DNA from: Camelus ferus
Lineage: Eukaryota
NCBI RefSeq assembly: GCF_009834535.1
Contig: NC_045697.1
Location: forward strand, 14,014,001-14,078,000
Length of the DNA stretch: 64,000 nt
Direction of reading: 5' to 3'
Shown in pieces: positions 1-11,567 of this stretch. A model generated the notes under the pieces. That model worked only from the letters and a program-made list of their open reading frames with translations, was not told the origin of the DNA and made no database searches. Numbering within the stretch: position 1 is the stretch's first letter; the number at the start of each line of letters is the position of its first letter. A program made the position numbers and the translations under genes.

Positions 1-281
1 AAAAAAGTGAGAAGAATATCAGTTTTATATTTTTGCAAATCTCTTTAATGCCTGGCTTATTAGAAGACACCTGTATTCTTCTGTTTGCTTCTGTATTGAG
101 ACTGCTGTGATAGCAAACGATGTGTAGCCTTCTGGAAATTCCATTTATCCTCATGAGAGATAGGGAATGAAAAAGCGGAGACATCTTAGTACTTTTATGA
201 AAATAGTTTTGACCTCAAGAGACCCACAAAGAAGTGTCTCATTGATCTCCAAGGTCCCTGGAACACTCTTTGAGAATAACT
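1..281 (+). mobile_element. hAT-Charlie DNA transposon (Charlie1b-like), right-hand part, cut by window edge
   Basis: Motifs ttttgcaaatctctttaatgcctggc, tgtagccttctggaaattcc, atgaaaatagttttgacctc and terminal cactctttgagaataact match recalled Charlie1-family consensus; same motifs recur at 5860-6030 and 7420-7497. Confidence 0.8.
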
Positions 282-1034
282 ATTTCACAGTTTTTTTTAA
301 CATGAGATGATTTTGTTGTGGGAAGTGTGACTTCAAAATTTGGAATTCTGATGTATCGTTCAGTTTTCAAAATTTCAGTTTGACTTTTAACACTGAAAAT
401 CTCTTGCCTATGCCTCAGATTTTTCTAATTCTTACGCTTATGATAGTTAAAAGCATGCATGAGACACTCTCCAAATAATTTTCTTCTCATTTAGCCACTT
501 TAAGAGATCTTACCTGTTGTTTTTTTTTAATATATTCTGTATGTTTGTGTTCTTCACTTTGCCATAAGCTCCACAAAGGGGTGGGGGAATGATCAGTAAG
601 TATCCTATGTACTTACTTGCTCAAAAAATACATATGAAATTACTGAATAGAGAAAAAAGGATAGGAAGGAACAAATGAACATATTAACAAACCTTGAGTA
701 AAAATGTCAAGCCTTTGCTGGAGGAAATTAGTTCTTAAAATGTCTAAATCATTCCCAAATGGAAAAAAAAGTTACCAAAATTTAACTTAGATTGAGAATA
801 TTTTCTAGTTTCTCAGGCAAAATTTGTAGAAGCCCACTGAAAGTGAATGTATCTATTCAGAAATTTTAAATGGAATGAAGAGAACCTCTAACAGTGTAAA
901 AGTGTATGTACTTGCCTGAATTGATGGAAATATTTGTATCTCTATATATTAAGCAAGAGGTATTAGCATCATTATAAACTAATCATGAGCCTTAGTCCCC
1001 TCGGGCAGAGTTGTGACAAGGGAGCTGTGAAAGG

Positions 1035-1290
1035 CAAACAAAGAGCCTGCACGTCCCTTGGAATCAGATCGCCTGGATTTTGGTGCTGATTGCTCCTGGC
1101 AGCCTGATGATAAATTCCTTATTCAGTCTCTCTGGACTTACATGTCCACCCACAGGAGAATATTCTGACAATGGGAACACTTTAAAATGTAACAGCTGCT
1201 TGTGAGGTCGTGAGTTCCTCACTACCAAGGGTTTCAGGTCCAAGAAGGTAGATCAGGTTTCCAGGACATTGATGACAAGGATATGTGCAG
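1035..1290 (+). mobile_element. Degenerate MIR / CR1(L3)-like fragments
   Basis: ttggaatcagatcgcctggatt (MIR head-like) and gtgagttcctcactaccaag (L3/MIR3-like); highly diverged. Confidence 0.45.
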
Positions 1291-1524
1291 GCTTGATTGC
1301 ATCAATGTTCATAGACAGCATTTCTCCCCTTTGAAAACAATGGCCAAGGTATCCACACTCTACATCCGAGAATAAATGAATTGGGAGCAGAAACCAATCC
1401 ATGGCCATTAAGGCCCTCGAGGTGAACCATAGACTGAGAGCACAGGAAAACAGTGTGTCAGACCAATGAAGTTAGTGTGTGATTTGAAGTGGTTTTTTTT
1501 TTCAAGTTTTATAGAATTAGGCAA

Positions 1525-2905
1525 CGCTGAAGGCTATGTGTGTGTATGAAGCAGGGAAGATATGGGAGGTCTCTGTACTTTCTGTTCAGTTTTGCTGTGA
1601 ACCTAAAACTGTCCTAAAAATTAAAGTCTATTAAAAAGAAAAAGCTCTCCACCGGACAAAAAACAAAAATTCCAAAGCCAGATGTCTTCACTGGCAAACC
1701 CTACCAACCTTTATTGAGGAAATAATGTCAAATCTACATAGCCTTTTCCAGAAAATAGAAGAGGAGAGAGTGTTTCCAAACACATATGATAACAAAATCA
1801 GACAATTTCATTACAAAGAAAGCTGCAATCCAGTATCCCTGATGAACATAAGTACACAATTCCTTTTCAAAAAATTTAATTACTATAGCAATAAATGAAA
1901 AGAGCAATACATCATGACCAAGTGGCGTTTATCCCAGGAACGCAAGGTGGTTTTAAATTTTGAGAAATCAGTCATTACATTTTAACACATTAACAGATTT
2001 TTTAAAAAGAGAAAACACTTGACAATGTGTAGCATTCATTTATAATAAAAACTCTTAGCAAACTAGGAATAGAAGTGAACTTTTGCTAACTTGACAAGGG
2101 GCACCATTGGAAAACCTTACAGTTAACACCCTCCAATATGGTAAAATGCTCTTCCTCTGAGTCTGGGAACAAAGCAAGTATATCCACTCTCCCCATTTCT
2201 ATTTGATGTTGTTCAGAATATCCTAGCTAATAAGTCTAAAAAAATTCATACAGCTTGGTAAGGAAGAAGCAGAACTCTCTAACATTATTGCTTTTATAGA
2301 AAATCTTGAGGAATCAGCATGAAAAAAAAAACTCAAACTAATAAGTGAATTTATCAAAGTTGCAGCATGCAAATTGCTCACTACTCTTGGATATTTTTCC
2401 AAGAGACATTATAATACTAGAAATTAGAAATTCAGAGTCGTTTTTAAAGTAACAGTCAAACAACAAAAAAGAACTCATTGTTTATCAGCTATGACTGTGG
2501 TTAAACAAATGTAATAGTGTCCAGAGACAATGGAACTCTAATTCTTAGCAATAAAAAGGACTGAGCTATTCATACCTGTAACAACTCTCAAAAGCCTCAT
2601 GCTAAGTGAGAGAAACTAGACATAAAAGACTGCACACTGCAATTTTATTTATATGATATTCTAGGAGAGGCAAAATTCTAGCAAACAGAAGTATGTCTGT
2701 GGTTGCCAGTGGCCGAGGCCAGAGGAGGAATTGACAGGAGATGGTCATGAGGGAACTTTTTGGGGTGAAGGAATAATTCCATATCCCGATAGGTTTAGTG
2801 GTTACACGACTGGAAGCCTTTGTTAAAATTCTTTGAATAATGTACTTAAAATTAGTTGATTTTATTTTTCATGTATTTTACCTTCCATAAAGCTGTCTAA
2901 AAATA
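1525..2905 (+). mobile_element. Old L1 fragments: a 3' end with A-tail (~1525-1640), an ORF2 fragment (~1640-2370) and an L1M 3' UTR (~2370-2905)
   Basis: tttgctgtgaacctaaaactgtc...ctattaaaaa tail; catcatgaccaagtggcgtttatcccagga and cttagcaaactaggaatagaag (ORF2); catgctaagtgagagaaactagaca and gagggaacttttttggggtgaagg (3' UTR). Confidence 0.85.
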
Positions 2906-3649
2906 ATATTCAAGACTCTATCTTCAGGTAGCTCTTAACAGTTGTACTGATGGAAGTGTCACCAAGGATGTTTTTCAGTAATTGGTTCAGAGTTGTGGGC
3001 AGATAAACGTATTAAAGCAAACCCTCCAAAAAAGAGCTTAATATTATTTTAGAAAAACCGTTGAAAGATAATCCTGGAAAATAGCCACGGAAGGAAATCA
3101 GTAAATCCTAGCAAAAGTTTAAATCTTCCGCTATTTAATGAACTTGGGCCAAAAACTGCAGTACTTGTTAGAAATTATAACGGTGGTGACACATTTCATA
3201 TGTAGATGCTTTCCAGTTTTGAAAGCAAGTTAGAATCTATGACTGTAGTACCTGAACGATCTTAAAAGCCTTAGATATATTCTGGCCGTGAGAGCAAGGA
3301 AATATGTTCACGGGTAAAAATAGGCATCATCAGAAATCGGGATGCTGTTCAGAGTCAGCCATTCTGCTAGCCTGTCTGCTCCTGCTGCTCCTACTTTCGG
3401 AGGATCTGTTTTTGGACACCCCACATTCCGGCTTGCTCAGGCAGGATTTGATTTGACTGAGTCATTCTCCAAGATGCTGGATGCCCACTGGGAAGACTTT
3501 TTTGCATCAGATCACTTCATTGCCCAGGGGCAGGAGCTGTTTGGGGGACAACAGCAGTCCTTGGTCTGGGTGGTGTGACAGAGCCATGTGCACAGCACAG
3601 TGATGACAGTTTTTATCAGAAGTCATTGTGGCTGACTGATATTTTAGAA

Positions 3650-4075
3650 TATAAAACTTCTTGAGTGTGTCATTTCACTTGATCCCTACGACAGACATTT
3701 TAAAGTTTTCTTTTTACAGGTGGGTGAGTCTTTTCAGCTCCTTGTCCAGTAGTGGCTCTGAGTGGACACTCAGTAAACATTTATTGAAAGAATTCATGAA
3801 GCTATTAATAAGTGGATCGATGGAGAAATGAGGATATCAGTGAGGTCTACAGAAGTTGTGTGACTTGGCCAAGGTCATAGTGCCTGGCACCCATTAAAGG
3901 AAAGCAGCAGAAAACTGAATAATTAATCAGGCAGACTTTGCAGTCAGATCTGGACCTTAAGTTGCTTAGCCTCAATTTTTTCGGGTGTGAAATAAAGATA
4001 GTGATGGCACTTACCCTTCAGAGTCTTAAGTGAGAAAATGTTCGCAGACAGAACAGCATACACCAGGTACTCAGG
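3650..4075. mobile_element. MIR fragments with a short L2 3' end in between
   Basis: gtgacttggccaaggtcatag (MIR core, antisense); cactcagtaaacatttattgaaagaat (L2 tail); gcagactttgcagtcagatctgg (MIR head). Confidence 0.6.
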
Positions 4076-5344
4076 GACCACCAAATAAAATCAAGATCTC
4101 ATAATTTCTGTGATTCTTGTCATTACATTATGCTTGTGAAATAAATGTTTTTTTTTCTTGTAGAATAAAGGAAGAGAATGAACACAGTTTTTATCTTAGC
4201 AGAAATAAAACCAAATAGTTTCTATCATCCTTCTGCAAGTTCTACCTGTTACTATCTATCTGTGTGTCCTTTTGTGATTATTGTTTGGTTGCAACTGGAT
4301 AATGTATCTTCTCAAATTTAGTAAAATCTAATTTCTCTAAAAACTACTCTTCACTTAATTTCAGCTCTTTATAATATGGACAAAGTCCAGGAAGTGAAAA
4401 TAAAAAAGAACACTTTGACCCTCCCACCAAGTAAATGCTGCAATATGTCTGATGCAAGTTTAAATGCATAAAAGCTCACGTATTTGGCTCATAGGAGAAT
4501 AATTTGAGATTTACTCAAAGCTTGTTTATCCTTTTTGAATATAATTCTCTTAAGCTGCATTTTCTGGTTTTTCCACACAGAGCTGATTGAAACTAGCCAC
4601 CAAAATGGGAAGAAAGCTGACAACAGTAGGAATTAATAATTTTTCACAAGCTGTACTGTGTGTTAACCTCAATAATATAATGTCTGTTTTCACCTGAGAC
4701 ATAAATATTACTTATGCTAAACCTGTTTCTTTGATAAAGAGTTGTTTGTGTTAAGCCACACATATCTTTACAAAATATCCCAAACATGAATAACTCAGAA
4801 AATATTTCTTCATTAAGCAACATTTGAAGTTTTACAAATTGGATTAAACTTGTTGAAAATATGGATAATGATGTGATAGGCCTGCAACAGAAGAAACTAG
4901 AAGTAAGGTGTGCAAATCTTTTTCCATTTTTAAATATAATATCTAAAACCTGTTCTTGGGTTCTCAGGCACTTATTTATTGAGGGCTGTTTATATGTATC
5001 ATACAGTCAGATCTCTCCTTAACGGATATTGGGATAGACTGACACCACACATAATCTGGAAATGTGAAAATATAAATGTTTAAGAGGATCGTCTGGGATT
5101 TATCACCTCAACAAAGACCAAAATAACAGAGCTCTCAGGCTGTGTGAGTGATACCTCGTGACCTCTCTTGTATGCAGACAGTTTTAAGTACTTTGTTTCA
5201 GTTGGAGGTACTGACAGGTAGCGTGGTTTGAATACGAAGCACAGCAGATGAACCCACAGAGGACTGTTGTGTTCAGCCTTTGCTATAGTTTGAGCTTCCT
5301 GGCCTCTTGTGTAATTTTCCTTTGGGGGAAGAAGTGGGTCGTGG

Positions 5345-5540
5345 TGGAGGCAGGGTGTGCCTTTCCTGAGTCATCACTACTCTTCCTATTTCCAGCTCTC
5401 TGTCTTACAGGATAGAATTTTCTGGCTGCTTTCTGCTAGGTTGATTCCATTACTACTTCTGACCCGTCAGATGTGAGCAGCAGTGATGGGGTCTTCTGAG
5501 CCAGATCACCTCATTGCTGGTGTGAGACTCGCGAGAGCCA
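5345..5540 (+). mobile_element. ERVL-MaLR LTR (MLT1J/H-like), 5' part, interrupted by Charlie1b
   Basis: gatgtgagcagcagtgatggggtcttctgagccaga...ttgctggtgtgagact; appears to continue at 7500-7706. Confidence 0.55.
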
Positions 5541-6037
5541 TTCTTAAAATTTAATTTTTTTTTTTTTTTTTTTTTGTCTCAAGACCCCTTTACTAAGTCT
5601 TGGAAATTTCTGAGTATTGTAAAAAGATTTGGTGTATGTTGGTTATCTATAGCTCTACAGTATCTATATATTTATACCTGTACATTGTATCTGCATTTAC
5701 TGTATTAGAACTTGGAATTTTTTAAATGTTTATTAAATCATTTAAAATAGCAAAACAAACCCATTACTATTGTCATAGTATATATTATGTATATTTAGCA
5801 TATGTAATATACATAGTATTCTATTAATAGTACAATAGTGTATATTCACACTAAAAATAGTGAAAAGAATCACGCTGTTCTACATGACTGCAAATTCTAT
5901 TTTTGGTCTCAGCAGAAGGCAGCTAGATGCTCTTATCAGCTTCTGTACTCAATCTGTTGGAATATCACGGTGTCTTGCAGCCTCTGGAAAACTCCACCGT
6001 ACTTTAGTTAGTAAGGAAATGAGAGTGCAAATGGAAA
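5541..6037 (+). mobile_element. Charlie1b-like hAT transposon, left ~500 bp
   Basis: ttctta...(T-run expanded)gtctcaagacccctttac, aaacccattac, gcagcctctggaaaactccaccgtac, gaaatgagagtg; colinear with the copy at 1-281. Confidence 0.8.
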
Positions 6038-6039
6038 AG

Positions 6040-6520
6040 ATGAGGTGCAGCAGAAGATGAGGAGGCAGAGGAGACATGGCGGCATGAGAAGGAGCCCGTG
6101 TGCCCTTGCTGGTCGAGATGTGGGACCCACGTGCACGGTCCAGGGAGAAGCCCCAGGAACCGAGGGCAGCCCACGGCCGCGCAGTGGGGACACGAAGACC
6201 TTGGTCCTAGGACTGCAGCTGACTGAGTTCTGCCAGCATGCTGAGTTAGCCTCGAAGTGCCTTCTCCCCTGGCACCAATAGGATGGAATTTGGCTCTGCT
6301 GACACCTTAGATCTGACCCTGAGAGACTTGAAGTTCACTGCACTTTAGGTTTAAAGTTGGTGTTGTTTTGGAGGGAGGGTATAGCTCAAGTGGTAGAGCA
6401 CATGCTTAGCATGCATGAGGTCCTGGCTCAGTACCTCCTTTTAAAAAGAAATTAAATAAATAAACCGAATTACCTTCCTCCCCTCCCCCCAAAAAAGGTT
6501 TGTGTGGTTTTAAGTCACCA
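6040..6520 (+). mobile_element. ERVL-MaLR LTR fragment (MLT1E-like), lacking its 5' end, interrupted by a SINE
   Basis: gaccttggtcctaggactgcagctgactgagttctgccagca, ctgacacctt, gtgttgtttt/gtggttttaagtcac. Confidence 0.65.
6370..6494 (+). mobile_element. Camelid tRNA-derived SINE (vic-1-like), B-box region deleted
   Basis: ggagggtatagctcaagtggtagagcacatgcttagcatgcatgaggtcctgg; A-rich tail; degraded TSD aaagttggtgttgtttt (6353-6369) / aaggtttgtgtggtttt (6495-6511), 14/17 identical. Confidence 0.85.
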
Positions 6521-6524
6521 CCCC

Positions 6525-6985
6525 AACAAAAAAATTAATGAATGTAATTCATGATAGTAACAAACTAAAAAAGAAAGACTGTATGTTCATCTTATACTCA
6601 TAGAAAAGACACTTGACAAAATCTAACATCCTTTCCTGATAAAAATCTTCAAGAAACTAGGAAAGAGAATTTCCTCAAGCTCATAAGTGGATCTGTGAAA
6701 AATCCATGTAGAATGTCCTACTTCCTACCAAAAGACTGAATGCAAAGATTTCTTAGATATGACACCAGAAGCACAACCCTGAAGGACCAAATTGAAACAC
6801 TGGAGTTTATTAAAATGTAAAACTACTCATCTTTGAAGGACACTGTTAGAAAATGAAAAGACAAGCCACAGGCTAGAAGATATTTGCAACTCTTATACCT
6901 GATCCTGAATTTGTATCCAGAATGTATAAAGAATTCACAAAACTCAAAAATAAGAAAACAAAAATAGCCCAATGAAAGACAATGA
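6525..6985 (+). mobile_element. Old L1 ORF2 fragment with an internal jump near 6742
   Basis: acttgacaaaatctaacatcctttcctgataaaaa, then aaagatttcttagatatgacaccagaagcac and aaatgaaaagacaagccacaggctagaagatatttgca. Confidence 0.8.
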
Positions 6986-7139
6986 CTTTTGAGCTAAAAT
7001 CTGAAATACATTTAGGATATTGACAGGAAAAAGAAAAAAAACAAAACAGGCTGAAAAGAGAGATGTGAACTCTCACTTGGGAGGAGCAGCATTAAAAATA
7101 TTGCAGGGATGTGAACAAAATGAAAGTTTTAAAAATGTA

Positions 7140-7330
7140 GTTAGTTCATTATAGCTTGAACTTAAAATATCTGTTCTTGGCCTCCTCATCTTTAAATTTA
7201 TGTGTGTATGCCTGGTGGGTAGTTATTAATACTTACCTTTCAAGAATATAATAATCAAATGAGATCATTTCTATGAGTATAATTTATGACTGTAAATTGC
7301 TGTTAAGAGGTGTTATTACCATCATTAATA
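7140..7330 (+). mobile_element. Degenerate MIR-like fragment
   Basis: cctcatctttaaa...aatacttacctttcaag...aatcaaatgagatcat. Confidence 0.45.
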
Positions 7331-7413
7331 TATTTTAATTATTATTATGGGGTATCATCATCAATATATTATTGTAGTTATCATTATTATTAAAGGTGAT
7401 CATCAAAAGGAAA

Positions 7414-7497
7414 TAAAAAATAGGCAGTAACATCTTAATATTATTACGAAAATAGTTTTGAACTTGCAGATCCCCAAGAATCCCTGGACTCCACTTG
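7414..7497 (+). mobile_element. Charlie1b-like right terminus (continuation of 5541-6037)
   Basis: aggcagtaacatcttaatattattacgaaaatagttttgaacttgcagatcccc...tccctggactccacttga parallels 175-275 of the first copy. Confidence 0.75.
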
Positions 7498-7499
7498 AT

Positions 7500-7706
7500 C
7501 ATTATTCTGTGACTCCTTTGCTCTGACGCAGCGACCAGACCCAGTGACTGTCTTCATTTAGGTGAACACAGCAAGTAGCAGAGTCCTCAGCTGATGAACA
7601 GTGAGGCATGTAAAGAGAGGGAGAAATAATTTTTTTTAAGCCACTGAAATTTTTAGAAGGTTTTGTTTTGTTGTTATAGCATAATCTAGCTCATCCGAGT
7701 TACTAC
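7500..7706 (+). mobile_element. MLT1J-like LTR 3' part
   Basis: gagaaataatttttttaagccactgaaattt...gttatagcataatctagctcatccgagttactaca is a typical MLT1 3' end. Confidence 0.7.
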
Positions 7707-10700
7707 ACTATCCAGAACAGAGGTGGAGAGGTCCAGACAGTCACTGGGTTGAAGCTCAAGCAACCAGAGGTGAGCACAAGCCTTATTTGCATCCAATCAG
7801 GCGTCTCTATCTATTTTTCAAATCCAGAACAGATGTTAAGGAGGAGGGACACGTAAGGGTTTATTCCATTGGGATTCCAGCTGGCAGAGACCCGTGGCAG
7901 CCAAGCCAGTGGTGCCTGCAGCCTTGTTCACTTCTCATTGTTCAGCTGTGGAGACTTCCTGCACAGACACTTATGGATGTCTGATTTTATTTTTTTGACA
8001 AAACATGAATATCTTTCATCTTACCGGTTTATAAGCTTGGTTCTCCAGTCTTCCGCTAAATTTCCTCCCTGCTTAGAGTACCCAGAGTTCTATTCTTTGC
8101 ATATAAGAGCACCAGCTAGCTTTGTACAATCAGATAAATGAGGTTTTGCTCTGTCAGAAGTTAGAATTCTGAACTCTCTAGGGGTTGCCAAACTTCCTCG
8201 ATTGTACTCTACATCAGGAAAAAATGTGAGCATATAACCCCAATATATCTCCCTGCCAGAAACTAAGATCACTTTTATAGACCAGACATATCTTGCTTGA
8301 TCAGAAATCATTATTCTAAAATTTAATCTCACTATTCTAATTAAATACAAAGTCAAGTTGTCCAATGGAAATGCAGAATTTTCTAGGTAAGTAATATTTG
8401 AAGAGGAAAGATGCAGTGTGTTGAGTAATTGGTCCTATTCATCTTACCTTCACAAATAAGCATCTTTAAACACAAAATACTAACAGGGCTGTGGCAAATA
8501 CTATCACAGCATTTTACAGGTTTATGCTTTGCCGTGGATTATAGGAAGAATGATATAGAGATAGCATTAGGACGTGAGTTGTATAGGTTTTGATATCTTC
8601 TGACAGAGCGGTTCCAGGGCGTGGATTGAGTTCCTCAAACCACCTAGCAGGTTGAGTTGAAAAGTCTTTTGAAAAATACATCACGAAGTTACTGTAGCAC
8701 TGCAAGCCTACTTCTGTGTTAAAGAATTAACTAGTTTAGGTTTTTGTCCTATTTTCCATCTAGAAGAGGTGCCTCTTTAATTGACATTTTAAAATCAAAT
8801 TTATTAAAATAAAACATAATTAAAACAGCTTTGAAAATATCAGCTCATTATTTTCAAACTCATGATTGTTGAACATTTTGAAAAAGATCTATGTTTTCAG
8901 AATATACTAAGTTAATTACACTATTCCTAAAATACCTAAAAGCAGTGGGGTTTTTTTGTTTTCATCGAAAATTACTGAAACTCATTACCTAAGGACATGC
9001 TACGAAATTCTTACAACAGTACCTGATTGCTTTCAAGCTAATTTTCAAGCGAATTGAAGCAAAACCCCCACACTCCCTAGAATACATAGTCTTCCATAAT
9101 TTTGTTTCCAGAATTGTAATTGTATAGTACCCATAAATAATCCATTTAAGGATGGAAAATACGCTGCGCCTCAGGGACTATCCAGACGAGTTGCTTTTAT
9201 CACAAGTATCTGTTTTGTTCGAAAAGCCAAAAAGCCTTTTTGCAAAAACTATTACTTCGAGTTGTTGGTGTGATTTTTTTTCTATATAAATTAAACCACA
9301 GAACTTGTTGTAAAACCATGCATGTAGTTCCCCAGGCTTCTCTTGTTGGTAGTTTTCTAAAGTGCATCAGCCACAATACACATAACCCGTCTCAGAAGCA
9401 TCACAGTATTCCTGTTGCGTGAAATGACTCTTCTGAACAATAGGCAAAGTGCGTGAGATGGAGATGTAACAGGCAGGGAAATGCACATGATCAGAGGCCA
9501 CCGAGAGAACTGCTAGTAATTTCATTGCACCAAATGTTTATTTAACTGTGGAAAAAATCTTATTTGGCATAGAAAGTACATTCTTTAGAGAAGCTGACTG
9601 CATTGTTCAGCAGATAAATTGCTTTTATGGCCGATGCATTAGACTGAAGTTGGAATTTTTACGAAACAATTCATTTGTTGAAACTATATTGTTGAAAATC
9701 TGAATACTTTAAAGTACATGGTTAAAAATATGTTTCAGCATGATATTTGGTTTATCCAACTGTGTAGCACTGATGATAGAATGTTTGGGTGAATGACCGG
9801 TGTGTTGGTTATCTTTCTGAATGGTGGATTCTGAGAATTCCTAAACGGACTCATGATGTCAGGAGCGGTTTCTGAATGTGGTTATTGTAAAAGGTAGACT
9901 CAGTAAAGACTTCTTGGCATCTTTGTAGTCCTTTTCTTTCCTTTATTTGTTTTGAAGACAACTTAATTCTTATTTTAAAAAAAATGTTCAAAACAGGTAT
10001 CATTGGCAGCGCTAGTGTGCTGACCCCTAAAGGAAGAAACAGGGTACTGAATTTCAGAGACAGGACTGCAAGATTACAAGGAATACCAGCAGGCAGTCCA
10101 GTGGAGACTATAAGCCCGTGTTCTTCAGGTGAAATTGATAGTATGCCAGTTGTCAGCACGAGCGTTGTTAGTATCTAATAATTAAGAAGCACGTATAAAT
10201 GCTTTCTTGCTTATACTATTAGGATTTCTTCTGATTTCTCCCATTTTTTTAGAGTCTGCAGGGGAAACAGAAGCCTAATCAGATTTCTTTGCTTCTGGTC
10301 CTCAAGGTATCCTGACCCTTGGGGTGAGTTCTAGGGTCAGCAGGAAGCATTAGCCAGATGGTTGGCTATGGTTATATCTTCTGGCAAGCCGAGTGTTGGC
10401 ATCATTACTTGTAGTTAGCAAGTGTTTTCCCATAGGATTACTTTTTGCTCTTGAATCTCAAAAATCTTTAAAATCTTGACTATTTGATTTTTCACTACCT
10501 GTTTACCTCTTGGTTGATTTAGAGAAGCCACCCTGGCTTGCTTGGGCGCTGCTGACGCTACCTCGTATAGCTGGCGCGTGTGCCAGTGTCGCTAGGCACA
10601 CTGTGAGTTAAGAGTTAAGCCATGTGAGTTAAGAGGTTTCTAGTCACTACAGTTCGGACTCGCATGCTTTCATCATGCTGCTCTTCCTTTCCGACTTTCC

Positions 10701-10887
10701 GCTCTACACGAGCTTTCTACAGAAGAGGATGAAGCCATTCTCATTTCTTACACTTTGAAAGGTGGTGCTCGTTACTAACAGTTCATGGCTTGTCAGGCTG
10801 AACCAGTATTAGTGGTTTCGGTTCACAAGCCACGTGCATTAACATTTGCTGTATTGGTGACCGCAAGGGCCAAGGGCGACACTCTTG

Positions 10888-11567
10888 TATATATATATTT
10901 TTTATTGAAGTGCAGTCAGTTTACAATGTTGTGTCGATTTCTGAGGTACAGCAGAATGCTTCAGTCACACATGAACATACATGTATTTGTTTTCATATTC
11001 TTTTTAACCATAAGTTACTATAAGATATTGAATATAGTTCCATGTGCTATACAGTATGAACCTGTTGTTTATCTATTTTATATATAGTAGTGTGTATCTG
11101 CAAATCTCGGACTCCCAGCTTCCCACCCCTTTGCCCCACTGGTAACCATAAGTTTGTTTTCTATGTCTGTGAGTCTTTTTCTGTTTTGTAAATAAGTTCA
11201 TTGTATTTTTCTTTCTCTTTCTGGCTTACTTCACTTAGAATGATATTCTCCAGGTCCATCCATGTTGCTGCAAATGGCATTATTTTATTCCGTTTTATGG
11301 CTGAGTAGTATTCCATTGTATAAATACACAACAATTTCTTTATCCAGTCATCTGTCGATGGACATTTAGGTTGTTTCCATGTCTTGGCTATTGTAAACAG
11401 TGCTGCTATGAACATTGGGGGGGTGCATGTGTCTTTTTTGGATTAAGGTTCCCTCTGGATATATGCCCTGGAGTGGGATTGATGGATTATATAGTAAGTC
11501 TGTTTTTAGTCTTTTGAGGAATCTTCATACTGTTTTCCATAACGGCTGCCCCAAACTACATTCCCAG
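10888..11567 (-). mobile_element. 5'-truncated lineage-specific L1 (ORF2 C-terminus + 3' UTR)
   Basis: ORF 11161-11415 MFIAALFTIAKTWKQPKCPS is the L1 ORF2 C-terminus; T-rich tail near 10888-10903; TSD agggcgacactcttg (10873-10887) / agggcagcactcctg (11568-11582). Confidence 0.95.

Noticed and set aside
6370..6425. tRNA gene
   Set aside because: The tRNA-like head lacks the T-arm/B-box and has a SINE tail and TSDs
9768..9836. C/D box snoRNA (CTGATGA ... CTGA)
   Set aside because: Imperfect C box, no terminal stem and no recognisable rRNA guide
11161..11415. 84-aa ORF MFIAALFTIAKTWKQPKCPS (also ORFs at 14678, 23708, 27801, 55480 and 56079)
   Set aside because: These are decayed L1 ORF2 C-terminal remnants inside truncated L1 copies, not host genes
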